A stretch of 64,000 nt of DNA, from NCBI GenBank assembly GCA_963803435.1, contig CAWDML010000001.1, positions 96,001-160,000 of the forward strand, in the 5' to 3' direction. Below, piece after piece: positions 48,748 to 58,335 of the stretch. The position numbers and the translations under genes were made by a program. The notes under the pieces are model-generated. The model saw only the letters and a list, made by a program, of their open reading frames with translations, did not search any database and was not told the origin of the DNA. Position 1 is the stretch's first letter; every line of letters starts with the position of its first letter. Origin of the DNA: an uncultured delta proteobacterium. GTDB lineage: Bacteria > Myxococcota > Kuafuiibacteriia > Kuafuiibacteriales > Kuafuiibacteriaceae.

Positions 48748-50535
48748 ATGGTTAAATCGATCGGGTTGCGCGGGGACGAGCCCAGGCGAGGATGGCGGGG
48801 CTCGGAGCGCTTCGCGCGTGTCTTCATCTCTGCCAAGACCGCCGCCGATCCCGAGCTTCATCGGCGCGCGTCTGTGGTGCTCCTGTTCTCACTGCTGATC
48901 GTGCTGTGCGCCCCCGGGTTCGTGGCGGTCGCCTTCTACGCCTATGAGGTCCCCGTAGTCGGCGTCATCTCGATCGGTGCCGCGCTGATCGCCGCTGCGA
49001 CGCCGATCGTTCTCAAGGTCACGGACTCCGTCCCGATCGCCGCCGGACTGCTCACCTTCGCGATCGTCCTCAACGTGGCGCTCGCCGTCGGCGCGGCCGA
49101 GGGGCTGACGTCGCCCGCGCTCGCCTGGCTCGCGCTCATCCCGATCTTCGCGATCGCGACCGCCGGTCGCCGCGCCGGCGTCGCGTGGTCGCTTCTATCC
49201 ATCCTGACCGTGGGCGCGCTCGCGTTCATGACGGTGTTCGGCTGGCTCCCGGACCACGAGATGCCGCTGCCCGCGCGCCAGAGCGCCGCCGCCTGGAATA
49301 CGGTCTTGCTGGTGGTGCTCGTGGGTGGGTTCATGCTCCTCCACGAGGGCCTTCGCGAACGATCGGAGGCCGCGCTCCGGAAGAAACAGATCGAGCTCGA
49401 CGAGGCCCGCCAGCGGCAGGCCGACGCCGATCGGCTGGCCTCGATCGGAACGCTCGCCGCAGGTGTCGGGCACGAGATCAACAACCCGCTCACGTACGTC
49501 CTCGGCAACCTGAGGGAGCTCAGAGCGCAGCTCGATCCGAAGCAGACGGCGAAACCGAGCTCGGAGATGCTCCCGGAGTGGCGGCGCGCGGTCGACGAGT
49601 CGATCGAAGGCGCCAGCCGAGTCGCGGAGATCGTCGGCGACCTGCGCGCGTTCGCCCGTACCGAGGACGAGGGCGAGCGCTCCGCCGATCCAGTGGCGGC
49701 CGTACGGTCCGCCCTCCGGATCACGGCGCCTCACTGGCGGGCGCGGACACGCCTCTTCGACGAGCTCGAGGCCCTGCCGCCGGTGGTGGGCCCCGCGTCA
49801 AAGCTCATCCGCGTGCTCGTCGATCTGATCACGCGCGCGGTCGCGGCGATGCCCGAACGTCCGGCTGAAGAGAACGAGATCAGAGTCCGAGCCGGGCGCG
49901 CCGGTGAGCAGGTGGAGATCCTCGTCGAGGACAACGGCGACCCAATCTCTCCGGACGCGATGGTTCGCCTGTTCGAGCCGTTCTTCACCTCGAAGCCGCT
50001 GGGCGGCCTCCCGGGCATCGGTCTCGGAGTCACCCGAGCGAACGTCGAAGCCGCCGGCGGACGCCTGGACGCGAAGAGCACGCCCGGCCGAGGAACCGTG
50101 TTCACCGTGGTGCTGCCGCTCTCGGAGCGCCCGGCCGAACCCGCCGAGCCGCCGCCGCTCCGGGATCACGCGAGGAAAGAGCGAATCCTCATCATCGAAG
50201 ACGACCTCCTGGTGGCGAAGGTGGTGCGCCGGCTCCTGCGCCGGCGCGGGGAGGTCGTGGTCGAGACGTCTGGAGAACGTGCGCTCCGGCTCCTGGAGGA
50301 CGAGCACTTCGACTGGATCCTCTGCGACATCATGCTCCCGGGAATCACGGGGCTTCAGCTCTACGCGAAGCTCCAGGCCTCACGCCCGGAGCTCGCCGAG
50401 CGGGTGGCGTTCATGAGCGGCGGCGCGCTCGCCCCGGAAACGAACCGCTTCCTCGAACAGATGCGCGATCGCTGGATCGAGAAGCCGTTCGCGCCCGGGG
50501 CGCTCGAAGCGCTGGCCGAGCGCATGCGGCGGTGA
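48748..50535 (+). CDS. hybrid membrane histidine kinase/receiver protein (degenerate ATP-binding boxes)
   Basis: TMs, GHEINNP H-box, FEPFFTSK, C-terminal receiver ILCDIMLP. Confidence 0.85.
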   Translation: MVKSIGLRGDEPRRGWRGSERFARVFISAKTAADPELHRRASVVLLFSLLIVLCAPGFVAVAFYAYEVPVVGVISIGAALIAAATPIVLKVTDSVPIAAGLLTFAIVLNVALAVGAAEGLTSPALAWLALIPIFAIATAGRRAGVAWSLLSILTVGALAFMTVFGWLPDHEMPLPARQSAAAWNTVLLVVLVGGFMLLHEGLRERSEAALRKKQIELDEARQRQADADRLASIGTLAAGVGHEINNPLTYVLGNLRELRAQLDPKQTAKPSSEMLPEWRRAVDESIEGASRVAEIVGDLRAFARTEDEGERSADPVAAVRSALRITAPHWRARTRLFDELEALPPVVGPASKLIRVLVDLITRAVAAMPERPAEENEIRVRAGRAGEQVEILVEDNGDPISPDAMVRLFEPFFTSKPLGGLPGIGLGVTRANVEAAGGRLDAKSTPGRGTVFTVVLPLSERPAEPAEPPPLRDHARKERILIIEDDLLVAKVVRRLLRRRGEVVVETSGERALRLLEDEHFDWILCDIMLPGITGLQLYAKLQASRPELAERVAFMSGGALAPETNRFLEQMRDRWIEKPFAPGALEALAERMRR

Positions 50536-50537
50536 GC

Positions 50538-51545
50538 TCACGCCACGATCCGCGCCCGCTGCAGCGCGAGTGGGACCTCGTCGCCGATCGACCGGGGCGT
50601 CCCGACGTCGCCGTCGATCACGAACAGCTCGCCGGCAGCCGTATCGAGCGTGTACTCCATGTGGTCTCCCAGGTAGGTGGCCTTCGTGACGCGCGCCGCG
50701 ATCGGGCCGTCGCCCAGCTTCACCTCGACCGGGCGAACCGAGATCTTGACGGCTCCGTCCGGCGCGTCGATCGCCATGGTGTCGGCGCCCGCCAGGTACA
50801 ACCGGCCGCCGCGCACCTCACCGGTCAATACGTTGCTGTCGCCGATGAACCGCGCCACGAACTCGGTCTCGGGGCGCTCGTAGAGATCCTTCGGCCGGCC
50901 GCGCTGCACGATCACGGCGCGATCCATCAGGATGATCTCGTCGGAGACCGACAGCGCCTCGTCTTGATCGTGCGTGACGTAGACGGCCGAGAAGCCGAGC
51001 TGCTGCTGGAGCGCGCGGATGTCCTGCCGCATCTTGCGGCGCAGTCGCGCGTCGAGGTTCGACAGCGGCTCGTCGAAGAGGAGCACCTTGGGCTCGACGA
51101 CCAGCGCTCGCGCCACCGCCACGCGCTGCTGCTGGCCGCCGGAGAGCTCGCTCGGGAGCCGCCCGCCGAAGCCCTCGAGCCCGACCGTGGCCAGGCCCTC
51201 CTCCGCGCGGCGGTGGGCCTCCTCCTTGGGCCGCCGGGCCACCCGCAGCCCGTAGGCGACGTTCTCGAGCACGGACAGGTGCGGGAACAACGCGTACGAC
51301 TGGAACACCATCGTGACGTCGCGCTCGGTGGCCGGCAGGCGGGTGACGTCCCTGCCGGCGATCAGGATCCGGCCCTCGGACGCCATCTCCAGGCCCGCGA
51401 TCATCCGCAGCGTCGTGGTCTTGCCGCAGCCTGACGGTCCGAGCAGCGTGACCAGCTGACCCTCGGCGATCTCGAAGGAGATCGAGCGCACCGCGGTGAC
51501 CTCGCCGTAGCGCTTGCTGACGTTCTCGAAGACGACGGCGGTCAT
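50538..51545 (-). CDS. ABC transporter ATP-binding subunit (FbpC/AfuC type)
   Basis: GPSGCGKT, LSGGQQQR, LLFDEP, TOBE-like C-terminus. Confidence 0.95.
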   Translation of the reverse strand: MTAVVFENVSKRYGEVTAVRSISFEIAEGQLVTLLGPSGCGKTTTLRMIAGLEMASEGRILIAGRDVTRLPATERDVTMVFQSYALFPHLSVLENVAYGLRVARRPKEEAHRRAEEGLATVGLEGFGGRLPSELSGGQQQRVAVARALVVEPKVLLFDEPLSNLDARLRRKMRQDIRALQQQLGFSAVYVTHDQDEALSVSDEIILMDRAVIVQRGRPKDLYERPETEFVARFIGDSNVLTGEVRGGRLYLAGADTMAIDAPDGAVKISVRPVEVKLGDGPIAARVTKATYLGDHMEYTLDTAAGELFVIDGDVGTPRSIGDEVPLALQRARIVA

Positions 51546-53698
51546 GCCACGATCCTCCGGCCGAGGTTTCGCCGGCCCACGACGAGCTCGATGGATCCGA
51601 TCGCGATCATCATCAGCACGATCAGCACGGAGGAGTACGCGATCGCCGGGCCGTAGTCGCCGTGCTCGACGCGGCCGAGGATGTAGGTCGTCGAGAGATC
51701 GTAGTCGGCGCTGACCAGGAAGATGACAGCGCTGACCGCGGTCATGGCGCGCACGAAGCCGTAGACCAGCGCCGCCACCAGCGCCGGCCGGAGGAGCGGG
51801 AGCACCACCCTGCGGAGCGTCGTGAAGCTGGTGGCGCCCAGCGTGAGTGAGGCCTCGTCGAGGCTGGAGTCGATCTGGCTCAGCGTCGCCAGGCCTGCAC
51901 GAACGCCCACGGTCATGTTCCGGAAGACGAAGCAGATGACCAGGATCGCCGCGGTGCCGGTGACCTCGATCGGCGGGACGTTGAAGGCGAGGATGTAGCT
52001 CACCCCGATCACCGTGCCCGGGATGGCGAAGCTGAGCATCGTCCCGAACTCGAACGCCGCGCGGCCGGCGAAGCGCTGGCGGGAGAGGAGGTAGGCGGTC
52101 AAGAGGCCCATCACCGCCGTGAGCGGTGCCGAGAGGGTGGCGACGACGACCGTGGTGATCAGCGAGGGCCAGCCGGAGCCGGTCAGGTGCATGCCACCGG
52201 ACGACGAGATCGAGAACATCGACTGGAAGTGCTCGAGCGTGAACGTGTTGTCACGGCCCCAGATCTTGACGAAGCCGCCGAACAGCGCGGTCAGGTAGAT
52301 GGCGGCGGTGAAGAGCGCCCACGGGATCGCGACGCACCGGACCAGGACGTCCAGCCCGCGCGGGAGCAACGAGGGCGCGCCGCTGTCCGCCTTGCCCGTC
52401 ATGGTCGTGTACGACCTCTTCCCCACCCAGGATCGCTGCGCCCAGAAGGCGAGCAGCGTGAAAGTGAGGAGCACCAGCGCGAACGAGGCCGCCCGCGCGA
52501 CGTCGTGCTGTGCGCCGGCGACCGCGAAGTAGATGTCCGTGGCGAGCACGTCGTAGTTGCCGCCGAGCACCAGCGGGTTGCCGAAGTCGGCCAGGCTCTC
52601 GATGAAGCCGATCAGGAAGGCGCTGGCCAGCCCCGGGCGGATCAACGGCAGCGTCACGGTCACGAAGGTCGTCCAGCGATCGGCGCCCAGGGTCTGGGCC
52701 GCCTCCTCCATCGAGGGGCTGATCCCCTCGACCACCCCGATCAGCACCAGGAACGCGACCGGCGTGAACGCGAGGAGCTGCGCCAGCAGGATCCCGGGGA
52801 GGCCGAAGATATAGCGGCTGGGCGCGAGGCCGAACATCTCCTCGATCAGCGAGGTGACGGCGCCGGCGCGCCCGAACATCAGGATCACCGCGAGCCCGAG
52901 AACGAAGGGCGGCGTGATGATCGGGAGGATCGTCAGCGACTTCAGCAGACGCCCGGCGAAGAAGCGGGTACGCGTGACCACCAGCGCGAAGGCGAGCCCG
53001 AGGAGCGTGGAGCCGGCGCCGGCGAGCAGCGCCAGGAAGAGCGTGCGCCAGGCGACGCCCCAGTGAGCCGCGCCCAGGCCCAGGCCCCAGATCTTCTCGG
53101 AGGAGAGGTTGCCGAGGAAGACGCCCAGCGAGAGCGCGCCGTCCTCGGACTCGAAGGCGCGCACCAGGATGATCAGCGTCGGATAGACCACGAAGAGCAG
53201 CGTCGACGCGATCACCACCGCCAGCGCGCCCAGCACGAAGGCGTCGCCCCGGACGTAGCCGCGCGCGGCCAGGCCCTCGGCCAGGTAGAGCAGGAAGACG
53301 AGGTGGACGATCAGCGCGCCGTAGCCCATCCCGTACTGCTTGGCGGCGAGCGGCCCGAACAGCGCCTCGAGCGTGTCGAACGACCATCCGAGCGCGCCGA
53401 TCGAGAAGCCCTGGACCAGGCCGTAAGCGAGCCCGCCGGCGCCCGCGGCCACCAAGATCCTCCAGGTCGAGGGACTCCGCCGCCGAAGGGTGAGTGCGGG
53501 GACGAGCAGCAGCGGCAAGTAGGGCAGGAGCCAGATCTTGCCGAAGAGGAAGACCTGCCAGAGGGCCGGGCCGGCCTCGGCGTCGGCCGGATAGTACGGG
53601 ATCCATTCGGTGGAGAAGAAGCCGGACTCGATCCCATACCAAGGGATCGCGAGGAAGGCGGCGAGCCCGACGACCATCTGGATCGCGACGCGCTTCAC
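51542..53698 (-). CDS. ABC transporter permease, duplicated domain (FbpB/AfuB type)
   Basis: two EAA loops (EEAAQTLGA, DEASLTLGA); ITPPF; many TMs. Confidence 0.93.
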   Translation of the reverse strand: MKRVAIQMVVGLAAFLAIPWYGIESGFFSTEWIPYYPADAEAGPALWQVFLFGKIWLLPYLPLLLVPALTLRRRSPSTWRILVAAGAGGLAYGLVQGFSIGALGWSFDTLEALFGPLAAKQYGMGYGALIVHLVFLLYLAEGLAARGYVRGDAFVLGALAVVIASTLLFVVYPTLIILVRAFESEDGALSLGVFLGNLSSEKIWGLGLGAAHWGVAWRTLFLALLAGAGSTLLGLAFALVVTRTRFFAGRLLKSLTILPIITPPFVLGLAVILMFGRAGAVTSLIEEMFGLAPSRYIFGLPGILLAQLLAFTPVAFLVLIGVVEGISPSMEEAAQTLGADRWTTFVTVTLPLIRPGLASAFLIGFIESLADFGNPLVLGGNYDVLATDIYFAVAGAQHDVARAASFALVLLTFTLLAFWAQRSWVGKRSYTTMTGKADSGAPSLLPRGLDVLVRCVAIPWALFTAAIYLTALFGGFVKIWGRDNTFTLEHFQSMFSISSSGGMHLTGSGWPSLITTVVVATLSAPLTAVMGLLTAYLLSRQRFAGRAAFEFGTMLSFAIPGTVIGVSYILAFNVPPIEVTGTAAILVICFVFRNMTVGVRAGLATLSQIDSSLDEASLTLGATSFTTLRRVVLPLLRPALVAALVYGFVRAMTAVSAVIFLVSADYDLSTTYILGRVEHGDYGPAIAYSSVLIVLMMIAIGSIELVVGRRNLGRRIVA

Positions 53699-53699
53699 G

Positions 53700-54728
53700 T
53701 CAGCCCTTGACCTCGTTCTCCCAGCGCGTGAGGAGGCGCGTCCGCTCCTCCTTGGTGCCGTAGCGCCGCTGGTCGAAGTCGATCAGCTTCATCTGATCGA
53801 CGCGCGGGGCGTCGGGCGGAATCTTCGCTTTCTTGTTGGAAGGGATCTGGAAGGCATCCACGCGGGCTGCGATCTCCTGGGCCTCCGGAGACAGCGCCCA
53901 GTCGACGAACCGCTCGGCCTGATCGGGGTGGCGGGCGCCCCGAATGATGCTGACGCATCCGATCTCGAAGCCGGTGCCCTCCTCGGGCGCCACCAGCTTC
54001 AGCGGGAAGCCGGCCTTCTTCTCGGTCATGGCGTCGTGGAGAAACGCGATGCCGATCCCGGTCTCGCCCTGCCCCGCCGCACGCACCGGTGCGGCGCCGC
54101 TCTTGGTGTACTGGTTGATGCTGCGACCGAGCTGCTTTAGGTACGCGAAGCCCTGCTCTTCTCCGAAGAGCTGCACGATCGTGGCGAGCATCGTGTAGGC
54201 GGTCCCGGACGAGTTCGGGTTCGCCATCTGGATCTCGCCCTTGAACTCGTCGCGGAGCAGGTCGTGCCAGCCCTTGGGAGGCTCGAGGCCGCGCTTGGCC
54301 AGCCACTCGGTGTTGTAGGCGAAGCCGAGCGCGCCCATGTAGATGCCGGTGGCCCGGTACTCGCCGGTGCCGGGCGGATCCACGGCCCACGGGTGGAGCT
54401 CGGGCAGACGCGGCGACCGGTACGGCGCGCTCAGCTTGGCCTCGGCGGCCTGGAGGTGGGCGTCGCCGGTTCCGCCGAACCAGACGTCGCCCTTCGGGTT
54501 CCTTCGTTCGGCCCAGATCTGGGCGTACATCTCGCCGGACGACTTGCGGATCATCGACAGCGTGACGCCGGTCTTCCGCTCGTAGTCGAGCTTCACGGCG
54601 TCGCACCAGTCGATCTGGACGCTGCAGTAGACCGTGAGCCGCGGCGGGCGAACACGCTCCGAACGGGTGCAGCCGGTCCACGCGATCGCGAGCAGGACGA
54701 GGAGCCCCGCGGTCAGCCGCCCGGCCAC
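53700..54728 (-). CDS. ABC transporter substrate-binding protein (AfuA-like)
   Basis: LTVYCS...RKSSGE...NPKGDVWFGGT.D, MANPNSSGTAY, QYTKSG; GTG start at 54728. Confidence 0.88.
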   Translation of the reverse strand: MAGRLTAGLLVLLAIAWTGCTRSERVRPPRLTVYCSVQIDWCDAVKLDYERKTGVTLSMIRKSSGEMYAQIWAERRNPKGDVWFGGTGDAHLQAAEAKLSAPYRSPRLPELHPWAVDPPGTGEYRATGIYMGALGFAYNTEWLAKRGLEPPKGWHDLLRDEFKGEIQMANPNSSGTAYTMLATIVQLFGEEQGFAYLKQLGRSINQYTKSGAAPVRAAGQGETGIGIAFLHDAMTEKKAGFPLKLVAPEEGTGFEIGCVSIIRGARHPDQAERFVDWALSPEAQEIAARVDAFQIPSNKKAKIPPDAPRVDQMKLIDFDQRRYGTKEERTRLLTRWENEVKG

Positions 54729-55591
54729 TCGACGCTCCAGAGCTCGGTCAGATCGCGGACCGAGGCCACGCGCGGATGATCGGGATCGAAGACCGGCGCA
54801 TCGGTGCGGCGCCGCTGGACCCAGCCGCCCCAGCGGACCCCGAGCGACATCAACGGGAGCACGTCGCTGGTGAGGCTGTCGCCCACCGCCAGCGCTCTCG
54901 ACAGATCCGGCGGGCGGCCGAAGAAGCGCTCGAAGTCCGCCAGGACAGCCTGATAGAAGCCGGGGTTCGGCTTGCCGATGGGATCGCCGATCGAGATCTG
55001 CGCGTCGTCGATCCCGATCGCACGAAGGGCCGACAGACGCGCGCGCTTGCGGCGGACCGCGTCCTCTGGATCGTAGCGGAACGTCTGGGCGCGCTCGTCG
55101 AAGAGCAGGAAGCCGTCGCTGTTGGTCGCCAGCAGGAAGGGCGTGCCGGACTCGACCAACCGCTCCACCGCGATCCGGGCGTCCGCGAACACCTCGGTGG
55201 CGTCGGCGAGCACCTGCCAGTAGTGATCGATCGCGCCGTCGATCAGCGCCTCGGTGACGGGCTGGCCGTGCGCCTCCAGCGCGATCGCGAGCAACGTGTG
55301 CCGCGAGAACATCTTCAGCTCGTAGCCCTGCTCGGTGGCGCCGCGCTGCCAGCGGGCGATCTTCCGGCGCAGCGTGGTGTACGCGCTTCCGGCCTCCCCG
55401 CCGCCGCTGCGAAGCTCCGCGATCAGGGTGGCGTAGCCGTCCGCGAACGAGGCCTGCACGGCGCGCGCCTCGGTCTCTCCGAGCGCCGCGGTGAGGGGCG
55501 CGAGGACCGCCTCGACACCCAAGTGCGCCACGCGATCCATGTCGAGCATGACGTCGTCGACGTCGAGGAAGACGGCGGAGAACGACGTCAA
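54713..55591 (-). CDS. HAD-superfamily hydrolase (phosphatase)
   Basis: FLDVDD motif I, ATN, GKP, VGDSLTSD. Confidence 0.85.
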   Translation of the reverse strand: MTSFSAVFLDVDDVMLDMDRVAHLGVEAVLAPLTAALGETEARAVQASFADGYATLIAELRSGGGEAGSAYTTLRRKIARWQRGATEQGYELKMFSRHTLLAIALEAHGQPVTEALIDGAIDHYWQVLADATEVFADARIAVERLVESGTPFLLATNSDGFLLFDERAQTFRYDPEDAVRRKRARLSALRAIGIDDAQISIGDPIGKPNPGFYQAVLADFERFFGRPPDLSRALAVGDSLTSDVLPLMSLGVRWGGWVQRRRTDAPVFDPDHPRVASVRDLTELWSVEWPGG

Positions 55592-56478
55592 ACGAGGCCG
55601 ACCTCGGCGACCAGGCGGCTGACCGTCTGAAACCCGAGGCGCGCGTAGGTCGGCGGATCGGCGAGCTTGGGATCCTGCTCGGCCTCCACGACCAACCAGC
55701 CCGAGTATCCGACCTGGTGCAGTCGCTCGAGCACCGCGCGAAAGTCGACGCAGCCGTCGCCCGGGACGGTGAAGACCCCGCGCAGCACCGCCGAGAGAAA
55801 CGGCAGCTCCGCGATCTGCGGATCCGAGAGCACCTGCCTCCGCACGTCCTTGAGGTGAACGTGTCGGATCCGAGGCCCGTGCCGCGCAGCGACCGCGACC
55901 ACGTCACCCCCGGCGTAGGTGAGATGCCCGGTGTCGAGCAGCAGCGCCACCGCGTCACCGGTCTGCGCCATCAGCTCGTCGATCTCGTGCTCCGTCTCGA
56001 TGACGGTGCCGACATGGTGGTGATACGCGAGCTGGATCCCCTGGGTGAGGAGGTGCTCGGCGAGCAGCGTCAGCGACTCGCCGTACTGGCGGAGCGCCTG
56101 CGGGTGGAGCGCGGGCCGCCGCGAGATGGGCGCGGTCGGATCGCCGTGGACCGCGCCGGTCACCTCCGCGAACACCAGCACGCGCGATCCCATCTGCTCG
56201 AGGAGCGACAGGTGAGGCTCCATCGCCCGGTACTCCTCCTCCACGCTGCGCTCGAGCAGGCGTCCGCTGTACCAGCCGGAGATCAGCTCGAGGCCGTGCG
56301 CACGCATGATCGGGAGCAGCGTCTCGGCGTCGCGGGGGAACTTGTGGCCCAGCTCCATGCCCTCGTAGCCGGCCTGCTTGGCCTGAGACAGGCACGTGTC
56401 GAGGGAGATGTCCGCGCCGAGGGCGGGCAGATCGTCGTTGCTCCAGGTGAGCGGATTGATTCCGATCCGGATAGCCAC
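55588..56478 (-). CDS. iolE: myo-inosose-2 dehydratase
   Basis: GINPLTWSNDD, ELGHKFP, YHHHVGT, DTGH, HVHLKD, VVEAEQDP. Confidence 0.95.
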   Translation of the reverse strand: MAIRIGINPLTWSNDDLPALGADISLDTCLSQAKQAGYEGMELGHKFPRDAETLLPIMRAHGLELISGWYSGRLLERSVEEEYRAMEPHLSLLEQMGSRVLVFAEVTGAVHGDPTAPISRRPALHPQALRQYGESLTLLAEHLLTQGIQLAYHHHVGTVIETEHEIDELMAQTGDAVALLLDTGHLTYAGGDVVAVAARHGPRIRHVHLKDVRRQVLSDPQIAELPFLSAVLRGVFTVPGDGCVDFRAVLERLHQVGYSGWLVVEAEQDPKLADPPTYARLGFQTVSRLVAEVGLV

Positions 56479-56479
56479 T

Positions 56480-58309
56480 TCACGCCCCCCGTCGTCGCTT
56501 CTGCATCGCATCGAGCGCGCGGTGTGCCGCTCGGGTCTCCTCGCGCGGTGAGACCTCCGGCACCGCGACCTCCCACCAGGCACCACCGGCCCGGGTGGAC
56601 TTCTCCGGATCCGTCTCGATCACGATGACTGTGGTGATCGGATTGGACTGGGCCGCCCGCAGCTCGCGCTCGAGGTCGTCGATGGTGTCGGCCTTCCGGG
56701 CGATCGCACCGAGCGACTCGGCGTGCTTCACGAAGTCGATCCGCGGCGTCTCCTCTGGGAAGAGGTTGTTGAAGGCTGCGCCGCCGGTCGCTCTCTGCAG
56801 CCGGTTGATGCAACCGAACCCGCGGTTGTCGAGCACGACGATCACCAGCTTCTTCCCCATCGCGACGCTGGTGGCGATCTCGGAGTTCAGCATGAGATAG
56901 CTGCCGTCGCCGACCAGGACGTAGACGTCGCGCGAGGGCGCCGCCATCTTGACGCCGAGACCGCCGGCGATCTCGTAGCCCATGCAGGAGTAGCCGTACT
57001 CGACGTGGTAGCTCCCCGGTCCGGTCGGGCGCCACAGCTTGTGCAGCTCGCCCGGGAGCCCGCCGGCCGCGCAGACCACCACGCTCTGCTCGCGGGCGGC
57101 GCGGTTGACCGCTCCAAGCACCTGGGCGTCCGTCGGCGTCCCCAGCCCGCGCTCGGTGACCGCGTCGATCGTCCGATCCCAGTCCGCCTTGAGCGCGCGG
57201 GCCTTGTCCATCCAGCCCGAGGTCCGCTCCGCCCGGCCGGCCAGCCCGCGCTCGAGCGCCTCCAGGCCGATCCGGGCGTCTCCGACCAGCGGCACCGCCG
57301 AGTGCTTGTAGGCGTCGAAGGGCGCCACATTGAGCGCGACGATCCGCACCCCGGGTCGCTCGAAGAGCGTGCGCGACGCCGTCGTGAAGTCCTGGAGCCG
57401 GGTGCCCACGGCCAGGATCAGGTCGGCCTCCCGCGCGAGCGCGTTGGCCGCCTCGGTGCCCGTGACGCCGAGCCCGCCGAGGCAGCACGGATGCGACCAC
57501 GCGAGCGCGCCTTTGCCCGCCTGGGTCTCAGCCACCGGGATCCCATGCTTCTCCGCGAACCGTCCCAGCACCTCGGAAGCCGCGGAGTAGAGCACGCCGC
57601 CGCCGGCGACGATCAGCGGGTGGCCCGCGTCCTCGAACGCGGAGAGCGCGCGCTCCAGCTCGAGGGCGTCGGGCGCCTGCCGCCGCGTCCGATGCAGGCG
57701 CGGATGGAAGAACTCCGAGGGAAAGGCGTACGCCTCGGTCTGAACGTCCTGGGGGAACGCCAGGGTCACCGGGCCGCAGTCGACCGGATCCGTCAGCACG
57801 CGGATCGCGTTCGGGAGCGCGACCAGCAGCTGCTCCGGCCGCATGACGCGATCGAAGTAGCGGGAGACCGGACGCAGGCAGTCGTTCGCGGTGATCGTCG
57901 GATCGCCGAAGTCCTCGAGCTGCTGCAGCACCGGATCGGGGGCGCGGCTGGCGAAGACGTCGCCGGGCAGGAGCAACACCGGCAGGCGGTTCACGTGCGC
58001 GACCGCAGCCGCGGTGACCAGGTTGGTGGCGCCGGGGCCGATCGAGGTGGTGCAGGCCATCAGCTGGCGGCGCCTCATCGCCTTCGCGTACGCGACGGCG
58101 GCGTGGGCCATCGCCTGCTCGTTGTGGGCGCGGAACGTGGGGATGATCCGGTTCTCCTCGAGCGCGTGCCCGAGACCCGCCACGTTGCCGTGCCCGAAGA
58201 TCGCGAACACGCCGGCGACCAGCGGCCGCTCCTCGCTCTCGATCTCGACCTTCTGGGCCGCGAGATAACGGACGACCGCCTGGGCGGCGGTGAGCTCGAT
58301 GGTCGACAC
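56480..58309 (-). CDS. iolD: 3D-(3,5/4)-trihydroxycyclohexane-1,2-dione acylhydrolase
   Basis: IFGHGNVAG, HNEQAMAH, EYGYSCMGYE, GDGSYLM TPP motif. Confidence 0.96.
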   Translation of the reverse strand: MSTIELTAAQAVVRYLAAQKVEIESEERPLVAGVFAIFGHGNVAGLGHALEENRIIPTFRAHNEQAMAHAAVAYAKAMRRRQLMACTTSIGPGATNLVTAAAVAHVNRLPVLLLPGDVFASRAPDPVLQQLEDFGDPTITANDCLRPVSRYFDRVMRPEQLLVALPNAIRVLTDPVDCGPVTLAFPQDVQTEAYAFPSEFFHPRLHRTRRQAPDALELERALSAFEDAGHPLIVAGGGVLYSAASEVLGRFAEKHGIPVAETQAGKGALAWSHPCCLGGLGVTGTEAANALAREADLILAVGTRLQDFTTASRTLFERPGVRIVALNVAPFDAYKHSAVPLVGDARIGLEALERGLAGRAERTSGWMDKARALKADWDRTIDAVTERGLGTPTDAQVLGAVNRAAREQSVVVCAAGGLPGELHKLWRPTGPGSYHVEYGYSCMGYEIAGGLGVKMAAPSRDVYVLVGDGSYLMLNSEIATSVAMGKKLVIVVLDNRGFGCINRLQRATGGAAFNNLFPEETPRIDFVKHAESLGAIARKADTIDDLERELRAAQSNPITTVIVIETDPEKSTRAGGAWWEVAVPEVSPREETRAAHRALDAMQKRRRGA

Positions 58310-58335
58310 TCGAATCCTCCGGCGCGCAGGCTAGT

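Noticed and set aside
50538-54728. Ferric iron ABC transporter annotation
   Set aside because: Family resemblance only; operon context with iol genes and a HAD phosphatase favours a phosphorylated-sugar/inositol substrate
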